Under the pieces are notes generated by a model that made no database searches, was not told the origin of the DNA, and saw only the letters and a program-made list of their open reading frames with translations. 49,131 nt of DNA from assembly GCA_001797815.1 (NCBI GenBank), contig MGQK01000125.1, positions 82,442-131,572 on the forward strand, written 5' to 3'. Positions 7,335-16,579 of the stretch are shown in pieces. Each line of letters begins with the position of its first letter. Positions within the stretch are counted from its first letter, which is position 1. Source of the stretch: Deltaproteobacteria bacterium RBG_13_61_14. Lineage in GTDB: Bacteria > RBG-13-61-14. A program made the translations under genes and the position numbers.

Positions 7335-8753
7335 CTACAAGCCAAAATAGAAAAACGCCTTGGCCCCGATGCTCCGGCCCGGCTCGGGCGGGATCCAGCC
7401 GGCCTGGGCGAGCGGGTAAAGATATTTCAGGTCCGGATGGTCCGCTCCCAGCATCTGATGGGCCACCAGTCTCCCGTGGTAAAAACCGTCCACCATGCCC
7501 ACCCCATTGTAACATGCACAAATGTATTGCCCCTTGGCCGGGAGCGCGCCCGCGAGCGGCCGGCCCGAGACGTTCATGGCCACCGGCCCGCACCAGCGCT
7601 CGGTGACCTCAATTCCCTCCAGGTAAGGCAGCCGCTCCCGCAGCTCGCGTTCCATCCGTTCATAGTCCTTCCCGCCCGGCCCCCAGACACAGGAATTGAA
7701 AGACTTGTAGCCGAAGATGCCGCGCAGGAAAACGCGATGGTCCGGGGTGAGGCCGATGGTGCGGGACAGGGTCTGGATCTCCTTGAGGTTGGCCCAGAGG
7801 AAGCCGGCCCGCTCGCGCTCGGCCGGGGTCAGGGGCCGGGTCGCGACAATGGCCACGTGGATGGGGATCATCCGGGAGGAGAGCAGTCCGCCAAGGCGCG
7901 GGGTATAGGCGTTGGTGGCGAAGAAGACCTGCTTGGCCGCCACCGTGCCTTGGGGCGTGCTCAGGAGATTCGCTGCAACGGCAGAGTCGGTGTTGGCGAC
8001 CTTGAGCACCGGCGAATTCCCATACACCGGGACTCCCTGGCCGAGCACCCTTTCCAAAATCCCTTTGATCAGCTTGCCCGGATGCATAAGCAAGCAGCTC
8101 GACTCTTCAATCCCGGCCGCATAAAACCTGGTACCGATCTTCTCTTGAAACTCCTGGCCCTGGTGCAAGGTGCTGTCTCTCCCGGCCGCTTGCATCCTGG
8201 CCGCGAGCTTTTGGAGCGCCGGGACCTGCCCTTTCGTGGCCGCCGCGATCAGGGGTTCCGGCCGGAGGTTGCATTCGATGTTCCGGAAGCGGATAAAGTC
8301 AAGGAGGGCGGCCTGGGCCCGGCCGGAGAATTGGTTCCATTCCTTGGCCGCCTCGGGGCCTTGGGAATCCAGGATGCTTTCCCAGGCGTGGTATTCGGCG
8401 ACGAGATGCCCGGAGTTGCGCGAGCTGGCGCCGGAGCCCGGCCGATGCGAGTCGAGCACGCAAAGCTTGAGCTCGGGCCGGAGTTCGCGCAGGGTCAAGG
8501 CCGCGCAAAGGCCGGTGATGCCGGAGCCGATGACGGCGACGTCGGCCTGCACGTCGCTTTCGAGCCGGGGCACCGTCGGCCAGGGCCCGGCGTCCTTTTC
8601 CCAGAAGCCCGCCGGCCGCGGATCATCCACCTCCGGCCCCTTCGGTCCGAAATTCTCGGCCACCGCAGCCGGCAGCACCACCCCGGCCGCAACTGCCCCC
8701 GCTCCGATGGCGAGACCTTTCAATACTGATCTGCGCTCCATCTTTCTTTCCAC
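7335..8753 (-). CDS. FAD-dependent oxidoreductase (DAO family) with a twin-arginine signal
   Basis: It has a Tat-like N-terminus MERRSVLKGLAIGAGAVAAG and a dinucleotide-binding motif VAVIGSGITGLCAAL. Confidence 0.85.
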   Translation of the reverse strand: MERKMERRSVLKGLAIGAGAVAAGVVLPAAVAENFGPKGPEVDDPRPAGFWEKDAGPWPTVPRLESDVQADVAVIGSGITGLCAALTLRELRPELKLCVLDSHRPGSGASSRNSGHLVAEYHAWESILDSQGPEAAKEWNQFSGRAQAALLDFIRFRNIECNLRPEPLIAAATKGQVPALQKLAARMQAAGRDSTLHQGQEFQEKIGTRFYAAGIEESSCLLMHPGKLIKGILERVLGQGVPVYGNSPVLKVANTDSAVAANLLSTPQGTVAAKQVFFATNAYTPRLGGLLSSRMIPIHVAIVATRPLTPAERERAGFLWANLKEIQTLSRTIGLTPDHRVFLRGIFGYKSFNSCVWGPGGKDYERMERELRERLPYLEGIEVTERWCGPVAMNVSGRPLAGALPAKGQYICACYNGVGMVDGFYHGRLVAHQMLGADHPDLKYLYPLAQAGWIPPEPGRSIGAKAFFYFGL

Positions 8754-8799
8754 CAGGGCATTTTCGTTATGTTTAATGTTTAGATCTGACCCCCAATTG

Positions 8800-9630
8800 T
8801 TAGCTTCCTAACAGAGATTTTCCGGCGAGCCGGGCGAGGGCCTGGTAGAGCCGGACCGAGACGCGCTTGATGATCCAGAGCGGATACATGTGGAGCGGCG
8901 AGGGCTGGACCGGCCGGCGCCGGCGGATCGCCCGGAGCACGTCCTTGGCCACGGCCTCGGGCCCCGAGCCGAAGCGCATGTAGAACTCGTCCACCTTGGC
9001 CCGCAGGTTCTGGCCCTGCTCGTCGTAGAGCTCGACCTTGCTGTCCTTGGTGATGTTGGTGGCGATGATGCCGGGGCAAAGCGCGGTCACGTAGATGCCG
9101 TAGCGAGCGAGCTCAAGGCTCATGGTCTCGGAAAGCCCGACCACCGCGAACTTGCTGGTGGTGTAGGCCGCGAGCCCCGGCAGCCCGCAGAGGCCGGCGC
9201 CGGAGGCGGTGTTGACGATGTGGCCGCCCCCGCCCTGGGCGATCATTTTCGGGAGGAAGAAATGGACGCCGTAGATCACGCCCCAGAGGTTGACCGCCAG
9301 CACCTTCTCCCAGTCCTCGAGCGTGTGCTTCTGAAGCGGCGCGCCCACGCCGATGCCGGCGTTGTTGTGCAGGACATCCACCCGGCCCGCGTTGGCATAC
9401 ACGTCTTCCGCGAACTTCGCCACCGCCTCCCGGTCGCTGGAATCCACGACATAAGGAGTCGCTTCGGCCCCCAGGCTGCGGATCTCCTGCGCGACCTTCT
9501 CGATCCGCTCGGGGACGATGTCGCTGAGGTGGAGCCTGGCCCCTTCCCGGGCAAAGGCGAGCGCTACTGCCCGGCCGATGCCGGAGCCAGCGCCGGTGAT
9601 CACCACTACCTTATTCCGAAAATCTTTCAT
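8800..9630 (-). CDS. SDR family oxidoreductase (short-chain dehydrogenase/reductase)
   Basis: It has the TGAGSGIG cofactor motif, NNAG, and a YxxxK region (YTTSKFAV). Confidence 0.9.
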   Translation of the reverse strand: MKDFRNKVVVITGAGSGIGRAVALAFAREGARLHLSDIVPERIEKVAQEIRSLGAEATPYVVDSSDREAVAKFAEDVYANAGRVDVLHNNAGIGVGAPLQKHTLEDWEKVLAVNLWGVIYGVHFFLPKMIAQGGGGHIVNTASGAGLCGLPGLAAYTTSKFAVVGLSETMSLELARYGIYVTALCPGIIATNITKDSKVELYDEQGQNLRAKVDEFYMRFGSGPEAVAKDVLRAIRRRRPVQPSPLHMYPLWIIKRVSVRLYQALARLAGKSLLGS

Positions 9631-9746
9631 CCTTCACCTCGAAGAGTTAAACCTTCCGCTTCCGCGCTTCCGCGGAAAAAGAACTCCCGCGCCTGCGCAA
9701 TCCTGACTCCAATTCGCTTTCCGGAATGGAGGTTTTGACTTTCGGG

Positions 9747-9768
9747 GCGCGGGTGACCCCACCCGCGC
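9747..9768. repeat. GC-rich hairpin (9-bp stem gcgcgggtg/cacccgcgc, 4-nt loop) just downstream of the GT2 gene stop
   Basis: Read directly. It is preceded by ttttgactttcgggg, which resembles the sequence at 10473-10498. No U-tract follows on either strand, so it is not a classic intrinsic terminator. Confidence 0.7.
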
Positions 9769-9776
9769 GGTCATCT

Positions 9777-10469
9777 TTAGTCCGCCAGCGCATAGCGGAG
9801 GATGCACCAAAGCGCCTGAAGACCGTCCTTCCAGTTGATCTTCTTTCCTTGGGCGTAGGTGCGGCCGTTGTAAGAGACCGCCACCTCGAATACCCGGGGC
9901 CGGGGCTGGTAACGCGCCATCTTGATGGTGACTTCCGGCTCGAACCCGAAGCGGTCCTGCTTGAGGGGCAGGGCCTGGATGATCTCGCGGCGGAAGACCT
10001 TGTAGCAGGTTTCCATGTCGGTGAGGTTGAGGTTGGTGACCAGGTTGACGAGGAAGGTGAGCAGGCGGTTGGCCAGGTAGTGGTGGAAGAAGAGGACCCG
10101 GTGTTTGCGACCGAGGAATCGGGAGCCGTAAACCACGTCGGCCCAGCCCTTTTCGATCGGCTCGATCAGCTCGGGGTATTCTTGGGGGAAGTATTCCAGG
10201 TCCGCGTCCTGGACCAGGACGATGTCGCCGGTGCAGTGCCGGAAGCCGGTGCGGAGCGCGGCGCCCTTGCCCTGGTTCTGTTCGTGATAAATAATCCGCA
10301 GGTTGAATTCGCGCTCTTTCTGCTTCAAGAGCTCCCGGGTGCCGTCGGTGGATCCGTCATCCACCAGGATGATCTCTTTCTCGATAGGCACCGCGGCCAC
10401 CTGGCGGAGCACCTCCTCCAAGGTCTGGCTCTCGTTGAAAACCGGAATGACCACGCTTAGCTTTGCCAT
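9777..10469 (-). CDS. Family 2 glycosyltransferase (polyprenol-phosphate glycosyltransferase-like)
   Basis: The pattern [18 protein letters not shown]...[12 protein letters not shown]...LVQDADLEY is a canonical GT-A/GT2 signature. Confidence 0.9.
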   Translation of the reverse strand: MAKLSVVIPVFNESQTLEEVLRQVAAVPIEKEIILVDDGSTDGTRELLKQKEREFNLRIIYHEQNQGKGAALRTGFRHCTGDIVLVQDADLEYFPQEYPELIEPIEKGWADVVYGSRFLGRKHRVLFFHHYLANRLLTFLVNLVTNLNLTDMETCYKVFRREIIQALPLKQDRFGFEPEVTIKMARYQPRPRVFEVAVSYNGRTYAQGKKINWKDGLQALWCILRYALAD

Positions 10470-10482
10470 CGTCTTGACTTTA

Positions 10483-10525
10483 GGGACGCGGCTGACATTA
10501 GGGGCGCGGCTGACCTCAGCCGCGC
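10483..10525. repeat. Direct duplication gggacgcggctgaca / ggggcgcggctgacc; the second copy forms a 10-bp hairpin (gcgcggctga-cc-tcagccgcgc)
   Basis: Read directly in the divergent GT2/rbsK intergenic region. It is related to the hairpin at 9747-9768. Confidence 0.7.
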
Positions 10526-10602
10526 ATAACTCATCCGCCGCGCATTTGTCATTCTAACATTCACTTTCCTTGAGGGCAAACCTCGGCTACAATGAGGGGC
10601 CG

Positions 10603-11496
10603 ATGCCGGAGATCGTGGTCATTGGTTCTTCCAACACCGACCTGGTGGTGAGGGTGGACGAGTTCCCCCGAGCGGGCGAGACCGTGCTCGGCTCTGACCT
10701 GCGCGAGTTCCTCGGCGGCAAGGGCGCCAACCAGGCGGTGGCCGCGAAACGGCTGGCCGCGGACGTGGCCTATATCGCGCGGATCGGGACCGACGCTTTC
10801 GGCCAGGGCCAGGTCAAGGGCTTGGCTGCCGAGGGCCTGGACCCGGCTCATTTCCTGCGCGATGACCCCGGCCCCTCGGGCCTGGCCCTGATTTACTTGA
10901 ACCGGCACGGCCAGAACTCGATCGTGGTGGCGGCCGGCTCCAACGGCCGGCTCTCGGAGGCCGACCTGGAGAAGAAGCGGCCGCTGATCGAGAGCGCCAG
11001 GCTGATCCTGCTGGAGATGGAAATTCCGGCGGCCACGGTGAAGCGGGCGCTCCAGATCGCGCGGGACCAGGGCGTGGCTACCTGTCTTAACCCGGCGCCG
11101 GCGCAGCCGCTGGGCCAAGACGTGCTCGGGCTCTGCAATTTCCTGGTGCCGAACGAGACCGAGGCGGAAGTGCTGACCGGGATCAAGGTCCGGGACCTGG
11201 ATTCGTGCCGGGCCGCGGCGGCGAAGCTTGCGGCCGCGGGCGTGAAAGAGGTGATCATCACCCTGGGCGAGCGCGGCGCTTATTGGCGCGGCCAGGTTTT
11301 CCCGGCGCCCAAGGTGAAAGTAGTGGACACGGTGGCGGCCGGTGATGCGTTTATCGGCGCTTTGGCCGCGGAGTTGGTGCGGGGCCAAACGATTCCGCTG
11401 GCGATCGCCTATGCCAACCGGGCCGGGGCTTCAGCGGTGACCCGTCCGGGAGCCATGCCCTCGCTTCCCACCCGCGCGGATGTGGACCGGCTGTAA
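10603..11496 (+). CDS. rbsK: Ribokinase
   Basis: The start is at ATG 10603 (MPEIVVIGSSNTDLVV...) after a GAGGGG SD. It has the PfkB-family motifs GGKGANQAVAA and DTVAAGDAFIGALA. Confidence 0.9.
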   Translation: MPEIVVIGSSNTDLVVRVDEFPRAGETVLGSDLREFLGGKGANQAVAAKRLAADVAYIARIGTDAFGQGQVKGLAAEGLDPAHFLRDDPGPSGLALIYLNRHGQNSIVVAAGSNGRLSEADLEKKRPLIESARLILLEMEIPAATVKRALQIARDQGVATCLNPAPAQPLGQDVLGLCNFLVPNETEAEVLTGIKVRDLDSCRAAAAKLAAAGVKEVIITLGERGAYWRGQVFPAPKVKVVDTVAAGDAFIGALAAELVRGQTIPLAIAYANRAGASAVTRPGAMPSLPTRADVDRL

Positions 11497-11570
11497 TTCA
11501 TCGAAGCACTGCCAAATTAGTTGGATGATCCTGCCGGGCGCGCAAGGGCCGGGCAGTGAAGGAGGGGATC

Positions 11571-13349
11571 ATGAAACAAGGCGGAGCCTTTCTCGTGCTG
11601 TGGGGATTCATCCTGGTCTTTAGCTCCGGGGCCGGCGGCCAGGAGAGCGGGCCTCTGGCCGGGTTCACCCGGCAGATGAACCTGAGCCTGGCCCAGGCCA
11701 CGGAGGTCGCCTTGGCCAACAACCCGGACCTGCGGGGGGAGCGGTTGAATTTGGAGATGGCCAAGACGGATCTGGTCCGGGCCCGGGCCGCGTATGACCC
11801 TTACGTGCAAGTGGACTCGAGCTACTCGAAGCGGGAGCAGCCATCGGCCCAGGCGGTCTTCGGCACCTCGAGCGAGAGCGCCAGCCTGAACCTGAGCACG
11901 GGCATGTCCACCATCACCGGCGGCTCGCTCTCGCTGGACTTCCGGAACTCCCGCTCCGAAAGCGATTCGATTTTTTCCACCCTCAACCCCTCCTATAATA
12001 CCGACGTCTCGCTGAATTTGCGCCAGCCCCTGCTCAAGAACCGCTGGACCGACCAGCGCCGGATGGACCTGGACCAGGGGAGCAATGACCTGAAGAACGC
12101 CGAGCTCTCGCTCAAGTCGCGGACGCTGGAGACCGGGTCGCAGGTGGAGGACGCCTACTGGTCGCTGGTGCGCGCCCGCCTGGACATCGGAGTGCGCCGG
12201 CAAAGCGTGGAGGTGTCCGAGCACCTGCTGGCCATCGCCCAGGCCCAGGTGAGAACCGGCCTGGCCGCGCCGGTGAGCACGATCCAGAGCCAGGCCAACC
12301 TGGCCTCGGCCCAGGCCGGCCTGATCCGCTCGGAGAACGACTATCGCAAGTCCCAGAACAACTTGAAGCTGATCCTCAACCTGACCCCGGAACAGGGGTT
12401 ATGGGACCTGGAGCTGGTGCCCACCGACCTGCCGCCCGAGCCGGCGGCCGGGGAGGTGGCCGCCGAGCAGGTGATGCGGGAAGCCCTGGCCAACAACATC
12501 GCCCTGCTCCAGCTCGGGCTCAACCTGGCCAATAGCGAGATTGACAATTACCAGACCAAGAACCGGCTCTTGCCCCAGCTCGACCTGCGCGCCAGCATCG
12601 GGCTTTCGGGACTCTCCGGCACCGATAACACCGGTCCGCAACTAATCGAGACCGGCTTTGTCATTCCCAACCCCCTGCCCACGCCCCCGCCTTACATGGT
12701 GGAGCGGACCACTCTCACCCCCGCCCCCTCGGCCTACGATGGCGACTACGGGGACGCGCTTGAGAACCTGGGCACGGGGGACAACCTGAACTGGTCGGCC
12801 GGGCTGACCTTTAACATCCCCATCGGCAACCGCGCCGCGCGCAGCGACTGGAAGCGGGCGCGGCTCAACCTGGAGCGGATGAAGATCGAGCAGGCCAAGC
12901 AAGCGAGGAACGTGATCTTCACGATCCAGAACCTGCTCAGCGACTTCACCTCGGCTCAGCGCAACCTGGAAGCGGCGAGCCTGGCCGCAAAGCTCCAGCA
13001 GCAGAACCTGGAGACCGAGGAAAAGCGCTTCGAGCTGGGCCTGAGCACGCAATACGACGTGATGCAGGCGCAGGAGAGCTACAACGACGCCAAGACCAGC
13101 GAGATCGGGAGCCGGATCGAGCTGGCCAAGGCTTCTGCCCGGATCGAGCGGGCGCGGCAAGGCTATGTCTCGGCCGGAGGGGTCGGCGGCTTCACCCTGC
13201 CCTCCGGGCTGACTTCGAGCCTCAACCTGGGCAGCCTGGCCGGCTTGCCCTCCGGCATCAGTCCCAGTCTGCTTCAGCAATACAGCAGCATGCTGCCCGC
13301 GGGAATTGACATGAATATGCTCCAATCCCTGGGAATCTCTCTCCCCTGA
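11571..13349 (+). CDS. TolC family outer-membrane efflux protein
   Basis: ATG 11571 follows a GAAGGAGG SD. It has a signal peptide and a duplicated alpha-helical/beta-barrel repeat pattern (LSLAQATEVALANNPDL..., ...YDVMQAQESY...). Confidence 0.85.
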   Translation: MKQGGAFLVLWGFILVFSSGAGGQESGPLAGFTRQMNLSLAQATEVALANNPDLRGERLNLEMAKTDLVRARAAYDPYVQVDSSYSKREQPSAQAVFGTSSESASLNLSTGMSTITGGSLSLDFRNSRSESDSIFSTLNPSYNTDVSLNLRQPLLKNRWTDQRRMDLDQGSNDLKNAELSLKSRTLETGSQVEDAYWSLVRARLDIGVRRQSVEVSEHLLAIAQAQVRTGLAAPVSTIQSQANLASAQAGLIRSENDYRKSQNNLKLILNLTPEQGLWDLELVPTDLPPEPAAGEVAAEQVMREALANNIALLQLGLNLANSEIDNYQTKNRLLPQLDLRASIGLSGLSGTDNTGPQLIETGFVIPNPLPTPPPYMVERTTLTPAPSAYDGDYGDALENLGTGDNLNWSAGLTFNIPIGNRAARSDWKRARLNLERMKIEQAKQARNVIFTIQNLLSDFTSAQRNLEAASLAAKLQQQNLETEEKRFELGLSTQYDVMQAQESYNDAKTSEIGSRIELAKASARIERARQGYVSAGGVGGFTLPSGLTSSLNLGSLAGLPSGISPSLLQQYSSMLPAGIDMNMLQSLGISLP

Positions 13350-13364
13350 AGAAAGGACCGGACC

Positions 13365-15035
13365 ATGAAACGTTTGGCGATCGGGTTCGCGCTTTTGGCC
13401 TTGCTCCCCGCCTGCAATGATAAACCCCGCAATCCTTCGAGCGTGCCGGATTACCGGGGGCAGTGGAACTTTACGGTGACCCAGAGTGAGCCGGCCAGCG
13501 ACACCTACACGGTGGAGGTCACCACCGGTGGCCTCTCGGGGTTCGCGTTCGTGGCGGCCAGCTCTTTGGACGGGGATACTTCCGGCCCGCGGCGGGTCTG
13601 GACCGACCTGCCGGTGCTGATCGGCGCCTGCGGGCTGACCATTACCTTCAGCGATACCGCCGGCAAAGATTTGAACCTGGCCCTGGGCGATTCCTGGACC
13701 TTCCAGGTTTCCGGCGGTACCATTTTCAACCCCGCGCCAACGCTCTCCAATTCATCCACTGTGGAGGCGGTGACCACCGGGGGAATTTACACCTGCCTGC
13801 CCGCGCCCTGCCCGGGCGGGCTGTTCGGCGCCATGGTGCCCCCGGCCGCGGGGCCGTTGCCGTTCGGCCCGAGCGTGGCCGGGAACCAGGGAGAAATCCC
13901 CCTGCTCCAGATGGACCAGACCGGCTCCAATCTTTCGGCCGCTCTCCCGGAAGAGCACGTCTTGACCCTCTCTCTGCCCGGCGCCGCGGTGGGGGACAGC
14001 ATTTCCTTCAGTTACCATCGGAGCATTGTCTGGGAGAACCCCAACGGCGATTTCTTTCTGGTCCGGGCCACCAACGGCTCCCGTTTCGAGGACCTCGAAT
14101 ACCTTTCCAGCAGCCAGACCGACCACGCCGGCGGCCGCCGGCAATTGACTTTCCGCGCCGGCTCTGCTAATTTAACAGTAGATTTTATCTTCGGCCTGAG
14201 CGGGTCGGGGAATGTCATTTTCCTGGACCAGATCGCCGTCCTGAAAAACGGGGAGGTATGGTTCCAGGATGATTTCCCTGGCGCGGACTTCGGCAATGAC
14301 CTGGCTCCGCTTTCTCAGCGCTGGCAGGCACGGTCTCCGAAGCTGGCGGTAGGCTCGCTGGGGATTGACGACCAGACGCCGATTGAGGGCGCTTACAGCG
14401 TGCGGGCCGAAGGCGGGGTGGTCTTTTCCCTGCAGGGCGCGATCTTGACCGGGGCCGGCGCGTTGGGCGGCTTGGTAGGAATCGGGCCGCAGCAGTCGTT
14501 GCAGGGAGTGACCCTGGAGATCTATGAAACCGAGGCGTTCGACTTCCTCACCAGCCTGGCCGGCATCGAGCAAGGCGCCCGCGCCCTGGCCGGAACCTTC
14601 CGGGGCGAGCCGACCGACCATTCCTGCGTGGAGCAAGGCAACTTCCTTTCCAGCATCAACGCCCGGGAGTTGGCCCAGGTGGAAGGCGCCTGGACTCTGC
14701 GGATTGAGGGGGAGGCGCAGGATTGCAAGAGCGCGGTGGAATTCGGAGACACCCTGGGACCGTTCGAGGTCACCCAGACCGGACAGACCTTCTACGCGGA
14801 TCCCCAGGTTCCAATTGTGGATAAATACTCCAACCCGAGCAATCTGTTCGGCACGGTCAACGGCCCCGCGGTCTTCTTTTTCCTGGGGGATTTCAACCGG
14901 GTGTCGGATCGGCGGGCCACGTTCGTGGGAGCGGTGACCGAAGCGAGCATTACCGGCCCAATGTTCGGGACCCTTCCCTTTGCCGGCGGCGAGGAGTGCG
15001 AGGTGACCGGCACTTTCACCGCCACCCTGGAGTAA
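13365..15035 (+). CDS. Hypothetical lipoprotein (paralogue A), unknown family
   Basis: The N-terminus has a lipobox (LALLPAC). It lies 16 nt after the tolC-family stop and shares several motifs with the next gene. Confidence 0.75.
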   Translation: MKRLAIGFALLALLPACNDKPRNPSSVPDYRGQWNFTVTQSEPASDTYTVEVTTGGLSGFAFVAASSLDGDTSGPRRVWTDLPVLIGACGLTITFSDTAGKDLNLALGDSWTFQVSGGTIFNPAPTLSNSSTVEAVTTGGIYTCLPAPCPGGLFGAMVPPAAGPLPFGPSVAGNQGEIPLLQMDQTGSNLSAALPEEHVLTLSLPGAAVGDSISFSYHRSIVWENPNGDFFLVRATNGSRFEDLEYLSSSQTDHAGGRRQLTFRAGSANLTVDFIFGLSGSGNVIFLDQIAVLKNGEVWFQDDFPGADFGNDLAPLSQRWQARSPKLAVGSLGIDDQTPIEGAYSVRAEGGVVFSLQGAILTGAGALGGLVGIGPQQSLQGVTLEIYETEAFDFLTSLAGIEQGARALAGTFRGEPTDHSCVEQGNFLSSINARELAQVEGAWTLRIEGEAQDCKSAVEFGDTLGPFEVTQTGQTFYADPQVPIVDKYSNPSNLFGTVNGPAVFFFLGDFNRVSDRRATFVGAVTEASITGPMFGTLPFAGGEECEVTGTFTATLE

Positions 15036-15060
15036 AAGGGGTTTGACAAAGGACATGGCC

Positions 15061-16521
15061 ATGACCAAGCGGATGATGATGGGACTGATGCTGTTCGCGG
15101 CCTTGGCGCTCGCGGGATCGGCCTGCGACGAATCCAGCTCCGGAGCCGGCTTCAGCATGACCGGCGCGACCGGCGGCAGCAACCACCGCTGGGACCTGAT
15201 GCTGACCAACCTGGACCCGAGCGCTTCTACCTGCCCTACCGGTTTGTTTGAGGGCCTGCCCGACCTGCCCGCCGCCCTGCTGGCGGCGTTCCCCGGCCTG
15301 CCCCTGCCCGATATGCCGTTTAGCTTGGCGCCGTCGCTGGAGGTGCTGACCTCCGCCTATACCCAGGAGGCGAACGTCCCGGAAATCTACCTGCTCAGTT
15401 TCTCCACCCTGCCCTCCATGCCCCCGGTGCTCCCCCCCTCGCCAGTCGCCGCCGGCGACCAGATCCAGGTCCAATACACCCGCCGGATCGTCTCCGACGG
15501 CAAGGACGGCGACTTCTTCGCGGCGCGCCTGACCAACCAGCGCGGCTACGAGTTCATCGAAGACCTCACCCAACGTGAGATGAAAAATAGCGATACCAAG
15601 ACCATCACCTGGACCGCCACCGCCCAGGGCGATTTCCTGGGCCTGGACCTGATCGTGGGCTTAAGCGGCCCGGCCGACTACCTGATCCTGGACGACCTCA
15701 GCATCGCCATCGCCGGCGTCCCGCTCCTGACCGAAAACTTTGAACTCGCCGACCTGACTCCCCCCACCGGGTCTTACCTCTGGCTGGACATCTTTCCCGC
15801 CCAGGCCCTGGGCCACGCCGGCATCACCGGGGAACCCGGCGAAGTCCTGGCCGGAGCCCAGAGCTACAAGTTCCAGGGCGGACGGCTCTTCCACCTCTAT
15901 GGCCAATCCTTTTCCCAGGCCGGCGTCGAGGCCGCGGAATTCAACCTGACCGACGGCGCGGTGGACAGCACCTATTGGCAGGGCTTGTTCATGGGCATGA
16001 GCCAGGACTCGGCCCTGGTCGGGAACTATAACGGTTACAACTATGACCTTAGCTGCCGGGAGAACGGCATGTTCTTTGTCCTGGAAGATTCGGACGGCAA
16101 CGCCGATGCCGGCGGCAACTGGGCCATCACCGTCACCGCCGAACTTCTTCACTGCGACACTGTCCTCGGCTACAGCGACACCCTCTTCCCGGAAAGCGCC
16201 TATGCGGTTGCCGTCAACCAGTTTCAAACCGCGCTCGGCGGAATTCTTATGGGCAATACCGTGGTGATGGATAGCCAGGGCAATGAGGTGAGCTTCCAGG
16301 GTTTGGTCCTGGGCGACATGGTCTTGCTCCTGGCCGGGGTCTCCACCCCCGCTGTTCCCGGAGGCATGATTTACAACGCCGCCTTCCTCGGCGCCCTCAC
16401 CGAGACCGACACCGGCGCGACCGTGGCCGGCTCGGTCATGGGCCTAGCCTTCCCCAACCTGGCGCTCCCCGCCGCCACCTGCGACCTCTCCGGCACCTTC
16501 ACCGCCGCCATTACTAATTAG
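15061..16521 (+). CDS. Hypothetical lipoprotein (paralogue B), unknown family
   Basis: The start was chosen at ATG 15061 (MTKRMMMGLMLFAALALAGSAC), 7 nt after AAAGGA. It has a lipobox LAGSAC. Motifs shared with paralogue A: GDFF..R.TN, GLSG....I.LD.I, C..(T/S)GTFTA. Confidence 0.75.
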   Translation: MTKRMMMGLMLFAALALAGSACDESSSGAGFSMTGATGGSNHRWDLMLTNLDPSASTCPTGLFEGLPDLPAALLAAFPGLPLPDMPFSLAPSLEVLTSAYTQEANVPEIYLLSFSTLPSMPPVLPPSPVAAGDQIQVQYTRRIVSDGKDGDFFAARLTNQRGYEFIEDLTQREMKNSDTKTITWTATAQGDFLGLDLIVGLSGPADYLILDDLSIAIAGVPLLTENFELADLTPPTGSYLWLDIFPAQALGHAGITGEPGEVLAGAQSYKFQGGRLFHLYGQSFSQAGVEAAEFNLTDGAVDSTYWQGLFMGMSQDSALVGNYNGYNYDLSCRENGMFFVLEDSDGNADAGGNWAITVTAELLHCDTVLGYSDTLFPESAYAVAVNQFQTALGGILMGNTVVMDSQGNEVSFQGLVLGDMVLLLAGVSTPAVPGGMIYNAAFLGALTETDTGATVAGSVMGLAFPNLALPAATCDLSGTFTAAITN

Positions 16522-16522
16522 A

Positions 16523-16579
16523 GGGACACCATACTTAATTCAGTTGGCGATGGCGATGGATTATTAGGTATGGTGTCCC
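16523..16579. repeat. 57-bp palindromic element, copy A (12-bp termini gggacaccatac / gtatggtgtccc)
   Basis: Read directly. It starts 2 nt after the lipoprotein B stop. Its interior (ttaattcagttggcgatggcgatggattattag) is homologous to the right part of copy B. Confidence 0.9.
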
